Under the pieces are notes generated by a model. It saw nothing but the letters and a program-made list of their open reading frames with translations. It was not told the origin of the DNA and ran no database searches. Made by a program: the position numbers and the translations under genes. From NCBI GenBank assembly GCA_041746775.1, contig JBGTGJ010000222.1, forward strand, positions 1 through 16,425: a DNA stretch of 16,425 bases. The letters run 5' to 3'. The DNA is from a bacterium (GTDB taxonomy: Bacteria > UBA10199 > DSSB01). Every line of letters starts with the position of its first letter. Position 1 is the stretch's first letter. Below are positions 7,049-16,009 of this stretch, piece by piece.

Positions 7049-8284
7049 TTATGGCCTAGATCGGATGCGGGATAAACGTGACCGGCGCGATTTTACAAAC
7101 TGTCTTCCGGAAGGGGCACTAGCAGCACGAAGGCTGGGAGGTTGAAATGGGGTTCCATCTTTGAGTGGGGGAAGTTCTGGTAATTGGGAAATGGTGAGAT
7201 TTTTTTTGATCAGTCGTTCAATGATATGAATTTCTCTCCGTTGGCCAGGGGTGGCGAATGAAATGGCGAGCCCTTTTTTTCCGGCGCGCCCGGTTCTTCC
7301 AATTCGGTGAACATAATCTTCTGATTTGTCTGGAAGATCAAAGTTGATGACGACTTCAATATTGCTGACATCAATTCCTCTTGCCGCGATGTCAGTGGCG
7401 ACCATGACGCGGTATTTTCCTGATCGAAATCCGTTCATCGCTTCACGTCGCTGCGATTGCGATCGATTGGCGTGAATCTCCGCGGTATTGTGCCCTAAGG
7501 CACGTAGGATCGAGGTGATTTTTTTGGCTCCAAATTTGGTTCGCGAAAAAACCAAAACCGTTCCTCGATATTGCTGTAGAAGTTTTTCCAACAGAGAAAG
7601 TTTCGATTCTTGTTGAATGATAAAGATCTCTTGCTCAATCTCTGCCGCCGTGGTGCCGGCTGGCGCTACTTCCAAACGAACCGGGAGTGACATGTACGTC
7701 GTTGCCAGTTTGACAATTGAGTCTGGCATGGTGGCAGAAAAGAGGAGTGTCTGCCGCTCCTTGGGAACGCTCCTCATGATCTGATTGAGTTGTGGAGCAA
7801 ATCCCATGTCGAGCATGCGGTCCGCTTCATCTAACACTAAAATCTTGATGTCCTTCAGGTGGATCAAATTTTGTTTGAGGTGATCTAAGAGACGGCCTGG
7901 CGTGGCGACGATGATTCTCGGTTGGCGTTTGAGTTCTTGGATCTGTCGATGCATCGATTCGCCGCCAATCAAGACCGCAATCTTGAGATTAAATGGAGTT
8001 CCAATCTGATGGAAGGTTTCAGCAGCCTGCAATGCCAATTCTCTTGTAGGGAGCAAAACGAGTGAGCGACCGGGGAGGTGATCGAGTTGCTGTACCAGCG
8101 GAATCACAAACGCCAATGTTTTGCCGGTTCCGGTTTGCGCGATCCCCATGATATCTTTTCCTTCTAGTCCGACCGGGATGCATTTCTGCTGGATCGGCGT
8201 CGGAGTAGAAATCTTCATTTTTTTAAGCGTGGTTAAGATTCGAGAGGAAATACCGAGGTTTTGAAAGTCTAATGTTTCTTGCAT
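7049..8284 (-). CDS. DEAD-box ATP-dependent RNA helicase (RhlE/DeaD-like)
   Basis: The full motif set is present: Q-motif 'F...TPTPIQ', I 'AQTGTGKT', Ia 'PTRELA', II 'DEAD', III 'SAT', V 'ARGIDV', VI 'HRIGRTGRAG'. The C-terminal tail is basic and Arg/Ser-rich ('KSRRSRLSRIRSRP'). Confidence 0.93.
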   Translation of the reverse strand: MQETLDFQNLGISSRILTTLKKMKISTPTPIQQKCIPVGLEGKDIMGIAQTGTGKTLAFVIPLVQQLDHLPGRSLVLLPTRELALQAAETFHQIGTPFNLKIAVLIGGESMHRQIQELKRQPRIIVATPGRLLDHLKQNLIHLKDIKILVLDEADRMLDMGFAPQLNQIMRSVPKERQTLLFSATMPDSIVKLATTYMSLPVRLEVAPAGTTAAEIEQEIFIIQQESKLSLLEKLLQQYRGTVLVFSRTKFGAKKITSILRALGHNTAEIHANRSQSQRREAMNGFRSGKYRVMVATDIAARGIDVSNIEVVINFDLPDKSEDYVHRIGRTGRAGKKGLAISFATPGQRREIHIIERLIKKNLTISQLPELPPLKDGTPFQPPSLRAASAPSGRQFVKSRRSRLSRIRSRP

Positions 8285-8378
8285 AGGGGGAGGGGATTTA
8301 CACTTTTAAGCAAAATAAGCTAGCCATGTTTGACGATTAGAAAATAAATGGATCTGTTTTTACAGGGATGACGGGCGG

Positions 8379-10742
8379 TTAATACCTCTTATACCATTCC
8401 AGCATTCCGCCCCCTCGTTGTTTTCCCGTCTCCGTATCGTTTTCAAAAAAAGTATTGAGATTCCAGTTTCCCCCTAAACTTTGTTGCAGCCCTGCCTCTT
8501 GGGTTTTCCCTTCTTGAGTTCCTAATTTAATACTCGTCCCCTCCGCCACTCGGACCCTTGCCTCCATCGCTCCCGTTGCTGGATTATAGCTCACACTTTG
8601 AATCGGGCTGCCCGCGAGCAGGAATAATGACCCTAATGTCATCACTCGATCGGCGGCCGCTCCGGATACCGAGCCGACTGTATTCGATTGGCTGGTATTG
8701 AGTTCTTCATAAGTGCGGCCGTAAATCAGAACGGAGATGATCTGTTCTCGATCGAGAGGCGGGCTCGATTCAAAAATGATCTGTGGCCGATTCACCGATC
8801 CGATGAGTAAAATATTGATATTATAATTGGCATAATTGATCTGAATATCGCTATTGATCACACTTTTTTCGATCGGCTCTTCAAAATTGAATTTCATCCT
8901 TTTCACCAACGCATTACGCCTGAAGAAAACCAGCTGAGCATTTTGGATAGAAACTTCACCCCCTATTTTTTGGGGAGTAAGGACCAGATCAAGACTGACG
9001 GGGATATATTCTTTCGCAAAATTAGAAAATACTTGGGCGGGATGATCTGCCGGAGTTTTGATTTTGATATGATAATTAAATTTTGATTCTCGTGACGTCG
9101 AGCGGTTGGGATCTATCATTCTTTTATCGGGTAATAGTGTTGGGATCGAATCATAACCAAACTTTGGTAGTTCCAGTCGAAGGTTGGTGAGATTGAGTTC
9201 CATGTCGATATTAGATTCACTTCCACTCTTGCCAAAATGATAGGTTAATTCCCCTTCCCCTTGAGTATTAAATTTTTGGCGAGTCGATTGCAGTTCCGTA
9301 TTAAATTCAATCGGAATCGTCCCTCGGTTTTCGACGATATTCATCTTTCCTTTTAATTTAAACTCCACGGTTCCATCCAATACTCGAAGCGGTGCAGGGA
9401 TCGCGAAGGCACTTTTGTCTAAAAGACGAACTAATTTTTTAAACTGTTTTAGCAGCAGGGAAACGTCCGCATCAGTTTCGAGTTTCCATCCTTGCGGATA
9501 TTTTTTAGGAATTCCCGCAAACTCAGTTTCCGCGTCTCCTTTAAATGAAAATAGCTCTTCGCTGATGGTATCGAAATGAAGCGTGGCCTTTCCATCAACC
9601 GGTTTATCTAATGAAGGGAAAAGCTCGGTATTAAGATCGACCTTTAGATTTGTTTTGGCATGCAATGGAATCTGGACGTACTTTTCATAAGCGGCATCGG
9701 GGAGACGAAGATTCTTCAGATCGAACACGATCGGGCAATCCAACCCCAACTTGATTTTTTTGCTCGTTGCCGAGGGTTGATTGGCGACTAACTTACAATT
9801 AGAAAAACTCATTGAATTTAATTCGGGGCTCAGTCCTTGCAACTTGCCGCTAGCGTTCACTTGCAATTTTCCTCTTCCTAACATCCCTTTGAGATTGGCG
9901 GTGGAATCAATTTTCCCTTTTTTGTAATTTGCGACCCCTTGAAAATCATAAGTCCCTGAGCGGGTTTGATAGGCGCTTAACTTGGCTTGGAGCGAGTCCC
10001 CCGATTCCGTTTTCAAATGACTATTAACCTGTAATCTCCAATCATTCTTTTTAAAGCGAGAGGCGCTCGTAAATGTCCCCTCCGTTAAACCGGAAGGGGT
10101 ATCGTAACCCGGGGCGAGGTTGATTTTAGCATCGACTTTTTCAATCTCTCCTTGCCCATTGATCGTGGGCTGAAGCGCTAATGCTCCTAAAAGTAAAATT
10201 TCCCCTTCCTCCCAAATAGAAACTCGGTCCAAACCAATTTGGATCGGTGACTTAAACGAAGTTGAATGAAGATATTCAGGTAAAACTAAATCAGGAAGAT
10301 CATAGCCAAATAATTCATCAACTTTCTCTTCGACTTTCTTTTGGTGAATCGCCAGTGAGCCTTGTTCCACGATGACAGGGCCGAGAGATATAATTCGAAA
10401 TCCTCGAAGGTTGGTGGAAAATTCCCCCGCAAGCTCTAATTTTTTAAAACACCCAGCGGTTTGATTGCCTCCAAGATTAAAGCAAAGATTTGTAAATTTA
10501 AAATCAATCGCTTTGTGAAGTAATCCAAACGAGTCAATCTTGAATTGAGCTTGATCCCAGCGGACGACGATCCCGAACTTGCTAGAGAGAGTGACAAGCC
10601 CTCCGATCACTTTGGGATTAAAAAGCGTCTGAGGCCATTTCAAAACGACGAAAATTCCTGCCGCGGCCAAAAGTAAAACAGTGAATGCCGAGATGAAGAC
10701 GATCTTAATCGCGCTCAAGATGTAATTCGGATTTTTTTTCAA
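8379..10742 (-). CDS. tamB: TamB-like (AsmA/DUF490 family) inner-membrane-anchored translocation and assembly module protein
   Basis: 787 aa. An N-terminal signal-anchor TM ('ILSAIKIVFISAFTVLLLAAAGIFVV') is followed by a long beta-rich body. The C-terminal region is compatible with DUF490. The gene is coupled to the upstream Omp85 gene by a TTGA stop/start overlap. It uses a TTG start with GGGGAGG 5 nt upstream. Confidence 0.55.
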   Translation of the reverse strand: MKKNPNYILSAIKIVFISAFTVLLLAAAGIFVVLKWPQTLFNPKVIGGLVTLSSKFGIVVRWDQAQFKIDSFGLLHKAIDFKFTNLCFNLGGNQTAGCFKKLELAGEFSTNLRGFRIISLGPVIVEQGSLAIHQKKVEEKVDELFGYDLPDLVLPEYLHSTSFKSPIQIGLDRVSIWEEGEILLLGALALQPTINGQGEIEKVDAKINLAPGYDTPSGLTEGTFTSASRFKKNDWRLQVNSHLKTESGDSLQAKLSAYQTRSGTYDFQGVANYKKGKIDSTANLKGMLGRGKLQVNASGKLQGLSPELNSMSFSNCKLVANQPSATSKKIKLGLDCPIVFDLKNLRLPDAAYEKYVQIPLHAKTNLKVDLNTELFPSLDKPVDGKATLHFDTISEELFSFKGDAETEFAGIPKKYPQGWKLETDADVSLLLKQFKKLVRLLDKSAFAIPAPLRVLDGTVEFKLKGKMNIVENRGTIPIEFNTELQSTRQKFNTQGEGELTYHFGKSGSESNIDMELNLTNLRLELPKFGYDSIPTLLPDKRMIDPNRSTSRESKFNYHIKIKTPADHPAQVFSNFAKEYIPVSLDLVLTPQKIGGEVSIQNAQLVFFRRNALVKRMKFNFEEPIEKSVINSDIQINYANYNINILLIGSVNRPQIIFESSPPLDREQIISVLIYGRTYEELNTSQSNTVGSVSGAAADRVMTLGSLFLLAGSPIQSVSYNPATGAMEARVRVAEGTSIKLGTQEGKTQEAGLQQSLGGNWNLNTFFENDTETGKQRGGGMLEWYKRY

Positions 10743-12502
10743 AATTCCTCCCCAAAGCTAAAGAGAAATTGAAAGTGCGTATTGTCAGGATTGCCATCCT
10801 CTCCCCCCGATTTAAAACCATGGGCAAAGGTCGTGCGAAAAACCCCAAACGGCGAAGCGACCCGAACCCCTCCGCCGGGCGAATAGTAGACCGGAAGCTT
10901 GTAGTTAAACACATTGTCTCCTAAAATTCCTGCATCCACAAACACGAGCGGTTCGATCCAATAAGGAAGTGTGTGAGCCAGTCGGATCTCGACTCCTCCC
11001 CACAACGCGCTCAGGGCGCCATCTTCCGGTAGCTCGTTGAGGCTAAAGCCGCGAAGGTTTTGTGTCCCTCCCAGATAGAATTTATAGTTGGGGGGAAGTT
11101 TATCGACGGTGTCGGGATCTTGATCGACAAAAGTTCCGTAAATCCCCCCTCGAATACCCAACACAATCTTGGGAAGATCGTACCCACGAAAATTATAAAG
11201 ATACTGACCATCCCATTTAAAGCGTTGTGCCGAAATTTCGGAAAGCAACGTTTGAGTACCGAAGTCACCGACTCCCAAGACACGAAAACCACTTCGGGGA
11301 TCTTTTTGCCAATATTCCCAATCATGACTCTTCAAATCCAATTCATAATGAAGCGTTAAAAATCGAGTCAGCCCTTCCTCAGCACCGCTAAAGGTGTAGG
11401 TATAATTTAAATTGGGACCGAATAGCGCGATCAATCCTAATTTTTGATTGTCGTAGCGTCGGGCGGCAGCAAAAAAAGCGTTGGTTGCGGCATAATGAAA
11501 GTCAGGTTGCAGTTCATGGATTAAATTTACGGAAGGTTGAAAATACCAGCGACTGCTGAGAGGTTTGAAAGGATACCAATCGGAAGCGACTTCCAGACTT
11601 TGTGTTCGGTAAGAGGCGTAAAGAGAAACGGATAAGTTGGACGCCTTACTTCCCAACCGAGCATGTTTCCATGAGCTTTGAAAAATAGCGTACTCTTCGG
11701 TGTCAAATCCAAAACCGATTCGAAACAATCTTGGTTTTCCCGGAAAAGCTCGTTGAAACAAGTCGACCCCTTCAGGATTACTCGGGCAGGGCCAAGTGAA
11801 GTGAGAACTTTGTAGGACACCGCTTTCTTCAACTCGACGCGAAGTGAGCTCCAACAAATCATCATTAAATGGTTTATCTAAACCAAAGGCATCATAGCGG
11901 CGCAGTGCCCCGGGATCCATTCCAGGAACGGTCTCTTGAATAACCGAAATGACATTTTGTTTGGGACCCCAATCGAGATCGACCTCGACCACTCCGGTGA
12001 CGGTGTTGGCGCGAGTCACTAATTGAGGACAGGGATGGCTCTTGGCTCGCACCTCCATTTTGATCCATTCTTCCAGTTCATTCAGTCGTTTGGGGGTGAG
12101 CGTTTCGCCAACGATGAATCGTTTGCGGGGCATCTCCTTGAAAGGGGGGTCACTACGGACATCAACTTTTTTAATGTAGGTCGGTTCGCCCAATTCAACG
12201 ATCAGTTTATCATTTTCTACTGAAAAGTTTTCATGATGAAAGCCTCGATCCTGCAAAAAAACTCCCAGATGAAACTTGGCTTGATTGGGTGGGATCTCCT
12301 TCCAGGCCTCGACCTCGGGATCTCCGCAGGTTAATTTTTTTTCAATCTCATTGAGTTTGATTTTATAATGTCCGCGAATCTCCACTTTTCCAGGGCAGAC
12401 CTCATTCACTTGAACCGCCTTTTCCTTGGCATGGAGCAGACAAGGGAAAAGTAAGCAAAACAGGGTAATTCCCATCCATTTTTTAGGAGAATAAAATCGC
12501 AT
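10739..12502 (-). CDS. tamA: Omp85-family outer membrane protein (TamA/BamA-like)
   Basis: 587 aa. It has a signal peptide, N-terminal POTRA-like region, the Omp85 barrel signature 'YLGGTQNLRGF', and a C-terminal aromatic residue ('...FQFLFSFGEEF'). Its size and pairing with a TamB-like gene favour TamA over BamA. Confidence 0.75.
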   Translation of the reverse strand: MRFYSPKKWMGITLFCLLFPCLLHAKEKAVQVNEVCPGKVEIRGHYKIKLNEIEKKLTCGDPEVEAWKEIPPNQAKFHLGVFLQDRGFHHENFSVENDKLIVELGEPTYIKKVDVRSDPPFKEMPRKRFIVGETLTPKRLNELEEWIKMEVRAKSHPCPQLVTRANTVTGVVEVDLDWGPKQNVISVIQETVPGMDPGALRRYDAFGLDKPFNDDLLELTSRRVEESGVLQSSHFTWPCPSNPEGVDLFQRAFPGKPRLFRIGFGFDTEEYAIFQSSWKHARLGSKASNLSVSLYASYRTQSLEVASDWYPFKPLSSRWYFQPSVNLIHELQPDFHYAATNAFFAAARRYDNQKLGLIALFGPNLNYTYTFSGAEEGLTRFLTLHYELDLKSHDWEYWQKDPRSGFRVLGVGDFGTQTLLSEISAQRFKWDGQYLYNFRGYDLPKIVLGIRGGIYGTFVDQDPDTVDKLPPNYKFYLGGTQNLRGFSLNELPEDGALSALWGGVEIRLAHTLPYWIEPLVFVDAGILGDNVFNYKLPVYYSPGGGVRVASPFGVFRTTFAHGFKSGGEDGNPDNTHFQFLFSFGEEF

Positions 12503-12564
12503 ACAGGTCCAAGCGAGGATTCTACAAAATTCCTGTTAAGTTGGCTTTGATTTTTTTTAGTGGA

Positions 12565-13425
12565 TTAATAGAGGATCGAAGGGGCCCAAACACCGGTAGG
12601 GGCTTCGTAGGGGCCGATCGCCATGAGGTTCATCATCTTGATGGCGCGACAACCGAGTTGAATTAATTTTTTGTAGAGCGAGGTGAATTTTAATGGAAGA
12701 AAAAAAGGAGGGAGGGGTGGATGAAGTTGATTTCCAACCGCAAGAATCAACTCTAAAAATGCCTCTTCCGATTCGGCGACGGCGTGACCAAAAAATCCAG
12801 GAATTAAGTATCCAGAAATCTTTCCACGATTTTCTTTTACCAGCAGAGGGGCCCCCATCGTCATGGCTGAAGAGATTTCGTTGAGCCGACTTATTTGGTA
12901 ATAACGCTGAGTGAGTTGATCCACCTCCGGAAGATCAAGAGGGGTCCCCAAGCGAACGGTATCCGTAGATTGTTCACTCTTCATCGGTTGCAATAAAGCG
13001 ACCGGTTCCTTCATTTCAAAACCTAATGAAGCATAGAGTGAGAAGGAAGTGAGATTAAAGGAATCTTGGAGTAATCGGATTTGTTGAATATTATTTTGAG
13101 AAGCGTAGTAAAGAATTGTTTCCATCAAGCTTCGACCGATTTTCATCGATTGAAAATTTGGATCGACAGAAATCGGACCGACCCCTGCGACGGTGTCGCA
13201 CAGGGAAAGAAAATTAGAGCCGACTGGCTTCCCTTCCAGTATCGCCATCACCCCATAATAATCGGGTCGGCTGATGAGCATTTGGATGAGATGTTCAGCT
13301 AGTTCAAGGTGAGGAAAATCGGGAGGAGAACCAAATTTTTTCTGAATATCGCAAAAGGCTTCAAAGCAGATTTTACCCAAAGCTTTGGCGTGAGTGGAAT
13401 CAACTTTTACTATTTCGAGAGACAT
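12565..13425 (-). CDS. GNAT-family N-acetyltransferase with a C-terminal extension (possibly a second degenerate GNAT-like domain)
   Basis: The N-terminal about 150 aa show the GNAT acetyl-CoA pocket motif ('VAGVGPISVDPNFQSMKIGRSLM'). The C-terminal about 130 aa have no clear motif. A GGAG sits 5 nt upstream of the ATG. Confidence 0.65.
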   Translation of the reverse strand: MSLEIVKVDSTHAKALGKICFEAFCDIQKKFGSPPDFPHLELAEHLIQMLISRPDYYGVMAILEGKPVGSNFLSLCDTVAGVGPISVDPNFQSMKIGRSLMETILYYASQNNIQQIRLLQDSFNLTSFSLYASLGFEMKEPVALLQPMKSEQSTDTVRLGTPLDLPEVDQLTQRYYQISRLNEISSAMTMGAPLLVKENRGKISGYLIPGFFGHAVAESEEAFLELILAVGNQLHPPLPPFFLPLKFTSLYKKLIQLGCRAIKMMNLMAIGPYEAPTGVWAPSILY

Positions 13426-13464
13426 AGCAGCTCCGCTTTATTCCCCTCTACATTTTCACATCTT

Positions 13465-13510
13465 CTCGTTCCCACGGTCTCCGTGGGAATGCATCCAGAA
13501 CGCTCTGCGT
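13465..13510. repeat. REP-like palindromic element, left copy (double hairpin)
   Basis: The sequence is ctcGTTCCCACGGtctCCGTGGGAATgcatccagaACGCtctGCGT. It has a 10-bp perfect stem with a 3-nt loop, plus a second 4-bp hairpin. It is the inverted partner of 14086-14131, with 42 of 46 nt identical after reverse-complementing. Confidence 0.75.
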
Positions 13511-13517
13511 TCAGTAA

Positions 13518-14060
13518 TTATAATTGAAACCAATCAGTGCAAATATCAATTAAACTTTCTTTCCCCGCATAATTCCGCGCACTCGAGTATCGCCAGTGAA
13601 TGGGATCATCTATATAACCTCGCTTAACAGGATTAAGATGGATATACTCCAATTTTTGTTTCATCATTTCCTCACCTTGAATTTGTTGCGGATGACTTCC
13701 CTCTTGCCATAATTGATATTGTCGATCGGTTTTGTGTTTTAGTTTATGAAATCCTAACCTTTCCAGGGTTGTCTCCATTTTATTTTCTTTTAGGTAATCG
13801 ATGATCTTTCTTGCAGTAAAGGACTTAAACGCTGCTACTTCTTTGTTTAAGTCATCAGATGAAGCGATCAGGTGTAGGTGATTTTCTAAAATAACATATC
13901 CAAAAAGAGTTAAGCGTTTTTCTTTTTGTAGGAAGTGAAAGGAATCTAAAATAATCTGGGTAGTTTCGGGTCGGGTGAAAATAGGAAGCCAATTGATGAT
14001 GGTGCAGGTTAAGAAATGTGGGTGGGTTTTTTCAAAAATTTTGTATCGAGTTCTTCCCAT
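13518..14060 (-). CDS. REP-associated tyrosine transposase (RAYT; IS200/IS605 TnpA-like HUH Y1 enzyme)
   Basis: 180 aa. It has the HUH motif 'ENHLHLIA'. The C-terminal 'LWQEGSH..I.GEE...EYIHLNPVKRGYI' aligns with the E. coli RAYT 'IWQPRFWEHAIRN...DYIYINPVKHGWV', including the catalytic Tyr of 'EYIHLNPVK'. A GAGGA sits 7 nt upstream of the ATG. Confidence 0.8.
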   Translation of the reverse strand: MGRTRYKIFEKTHPHFLTCTIINWLPIFTRPETTQIILDSFHFLQKEKRLTLFGYVILENHLHLIASSDDLNKEVAAFKSFTARKIIDYLKENKMETTLERLGFHKLKHKTDRQYQLWQEGSHPQQIQGEEMMKQKLEYIHLNPVKRGYIDDPIHWRYSSARNYAGKESLIDICTDWFQL

Positions 14061-14074
14061 CTGTTTATCCTCAT

Positions 14075-14082
14075 TGGGTGAC
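14075..14082 (-). promoter_or_regulatory. Shine-Dalgarno-like site GAGGA, 7 nt upstream of the RAYT start codon
   Basis: Reverse-complementing 14061-14085 gives ...aatGAGGAtaaacagATG. Coordinates are approximate. Confidence 0.3.
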
Positions 14083-14085
14083 TAG

Positions 14086-14131
14086 ACGCAGAGCGTCTGG
14101 GAGGCATTCCCACGGAGACCGTGGGAACGAG
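14086..14131. repeat. REP-like palindromic element, right copy (inverted relative to the left copy)
   Basis: The sequence is ACGCagaGCGTctgggaggcATTCCCACGGagaCCGTGGGAACgag. It ends 3 nt before the ABC-F stop codon (14135-14137). Confidence 0.75.
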
Positions 14132-14134
14132 AAT

Positions 14135-16009
14135 TTAGCTCTCACACTGCGCTAATAGCTCATCATATTTTTTTGATTTTTCTTCGTGCTTAGTCATGAC
14201 GATATCTAACCGGGCATACGATTCATCGATGGTTTTCTGAAGTTCCTTAGTAGCTTTGGAGAGATTGACGAATACCTCTACTTGATTTTTCTGGGAGGCA
14301 TCCACCAATTCTTGATTGGTGGTATTTAATTTGGCTTCCAGTTCTTGAATGGTTTTTTCTAATGTCTCCATCTCCTGTTTCAAAGAGGTGAGGGCTTTTG
14401 ATCGTTCGGTAATAATCTCGGAGCGTTTTTTACGAACCGCTTTTTTGTCCGAGGTCGGCTCAATGGCGGGAGTATCTGATTCTGTTTCAACCTTCATCGC
14501 TTTCTTTTTAGGTTTTCCTTCATTTTCCTCTTCCCAACCGACTCGGTCTAAAAATTCCTCATAATTCCCCTCAAAGGTGTCTACCTTACCCCCTTGAAAA
14601 ACCACGAGGCGAGTCGCGAGATCTTTCAGGATCATTTCGCTATGGGTGACAATCACTACCGCCCCTTCGAAGTTTTCGATCGCTTCGATGAGCGACTCGA
14701 TCGATTCCATATCTAAGTGATTGGTCGGTTCATCGAGCAGAACGAGATTGGCAGGCTCGGCAAGGATCTTTCCTAACAGCACGCGGCTTCGCTCTCCTCC
14801 CGATAGGACCGAAATTTTCTTTTCGGCATGATCACCACTAAACATCATTGTGCCGCAGATATTTCGCACGGCGGTTCGACTTAAATTGGGGTTGGCGTTT
14901 TGGACCTCTTGTTCGATCGTGAGATTTTTGTGCAGGCGGTCGATGTTGGTTTGACCGAAAAATCCTAATTTAAGGTTAGGATGAACAGTGACTTCTCCCG
15001 AGACCGGAGTAAGTTCTTTGGCTAAAAGATTCAGTAAAGTAGATTTCCCTTTCCCGTTTTTCCCGATGATCGCAATGCGATCTTTGGGTTTGATGGTCAG
15101 GCTTAAATCTTCGATCAGCGCATTTTCTGCTTTGAAGTGAAACGAAAGATTTCGCGCATCCAACAATCGCTCGGCAAAAAATGGGGCGTTGTGAAATTCA
15201 AAGTCGAGATGATCGATATGGGCCAGTTTTTCGAGCGCCGGCATTTTATCCAGTCGTTTAATTCTGGATTGCACAGCGGACGCCTTCGTCGCCTGTGCGC
15301 GGAAGCGGGCGATAAATTGTTCCTCTTTCTGCCGTTTCTTTTCCTCATTTTGCCGAGTCTTTTCGTAAATCTCTTCATCCTGCACAATCTGGGCGTAGAG
15401 TTTTTCGGTCCCGCCACGCATTTTACGCAGACTGCGTCGGTGGATCGCAGCGGTGTGGGTAGTGACGTCGTCCATGAATTCCCGATCATGAGAAATGATG
15501 ATCAGTTCGTTTTCCCACTCACGTAAAAATTGCGTGATCCAGCGGATCGAGACGATGTCGAGATAGTTGGTTGGTTCATCAAGCAGGAGGAGATTGGGAT
15601 TCGACACCAATACTTTGGCGAGATTAAGTCGTACCTGATAGCCGCCGGAAAAAAGGGAAGGGGGTTTTTCCATATCCTCGTGGGTAAACCCAAGACCAAA
15701 GAGGATTCGCTCGACCTTATAATGATCATCTTCTTCTCCAGCAGGGAGTCCCAAGCATCCTTCCTCCAACAGCGTTGGTTTGGTGAAGTGAATATGTTGC
15801 GCTAAATGACCGAGCCGATAATTTCGAGGAAAGGTAATCGTGCCAGCATCCGCCTCCTCTTCTCCCAAAATAATTCGAAATAAGGTTGATTTCCCAGACC
15901 CGTTCCTCCCTACCAGCCCCAAGCGTTCTCCCGCGGTCATTTGGAGCGTGATCCCTTCAAACAAAGTTTGATGGCCGTAACCTTTTGTGAGTTGATTGAT
16001 CGATAACAT
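14135..16009 (-). CDS. ABC-F family ATPase (Uup/YheS-like, tandem ABC domains plus C-terminal coiled-coil)
   Basis: 624 aa. There are two Walker A sites ('GRNGSGKST', 'GKNGKGKST'), two ABC signatures ('LSGGYQVRL', 'LSGGERSRV'), two Walker B sites ('LLLDEPTN', 'LVLDEPTN'), and no TM domain. The C-terminal about 100 aa are a Lys/Glu-rich coiled-coil like the Uup C-terminal domain. An AGGA sits 7 nt upstream of the start. Confidence 0.85.
   Translation of the reverse strand: MLSINQLTKGYGHQTLFEGITLQMTAGERLGLVGRNGSGKSTLFRIILGEEEADAGTITFPRNYRLGHLAQHIHFTKPTLLEEGCLGLPAGEEDDHYKVERILFGLGFTHEDMEKPPSLFSGGYQVRLNLAKVLVSNPNLLLLDEPTNYLDIVSIRWITQFLREWENELIIISHDREFMDDVTTHTAAIHRRSLRKMRGGTEKLYAQIVQDEEIYEKTRQNEEKKRQKEEQFIARFRAQATKASAVQSRIKRLDKMPALEKLAHIDHLDFEFHNAPFFAERLLDARNLSFHFKAENALIEDLSLTIKPKDRIAIIGKNGKGKSTLLNLLAKELTPVSGEVTVHPNLKLGFFGQTNIDRLHKNLTIEQEVQNANPNLSRTAVRNICGTMMFSGDHAEKKISVLSGGERSRVLLGKILAEPANLVLLDEPTNHLDMESIESLIEAIENFEGAVVIVTHSEMILKDLATRLVVFQGGKVDTFEGNYEEFLDRVGWEEENEGKPKKKAMKVETESDTPAIEPTSDKKAVRKKRSEIITERSKALTSLKQEMETLEKTIQELEAKLNTTNQELVDASQKNQVEVFVNLSKATKELQKTIDESYARLDIVMTKHEEKSKKYDELLAQCES

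Larger units (their letters stand above)
13465..14131 (-). mobile_element. REP-RAYT-REP unit: a RAYT gene flanked by inverted REP palindromes
   Basis: A tyrosine HUH transposase gene is bracketed by inverted 46-bp palindromic repeats. The unit sits in the intergenic space between the ABC-F and GNAT genes. Confidence 0.7.

Noticed and set aside
10705-12223. Small ORFs inside or antisense to tamA (10705-10914, 11011-11325, 11060-11359, 11527-11865, 12023-12223)
   Set aside because: They are embedded in the Omp85 coding region, and none has an RBS or motif.
13309-13627. Plus-strand ORFs 13309-13527 and 13394-13627 overlapping the left REP and RAYT 3' end
   Set aside because: They run antisense across a palindromic repeat and the RAYT gene. 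No RBS is present. They are artefacts of the REP symmetry.
14349-15805. ORFs overlapping the ABC-F gene (14349-14564, 15115-15489, 15137-15526, 15502-15729, 15530-15805)
   Set aside because: They are internal or antisense to a strongly supported ABC-F gene. Several start on TTG.
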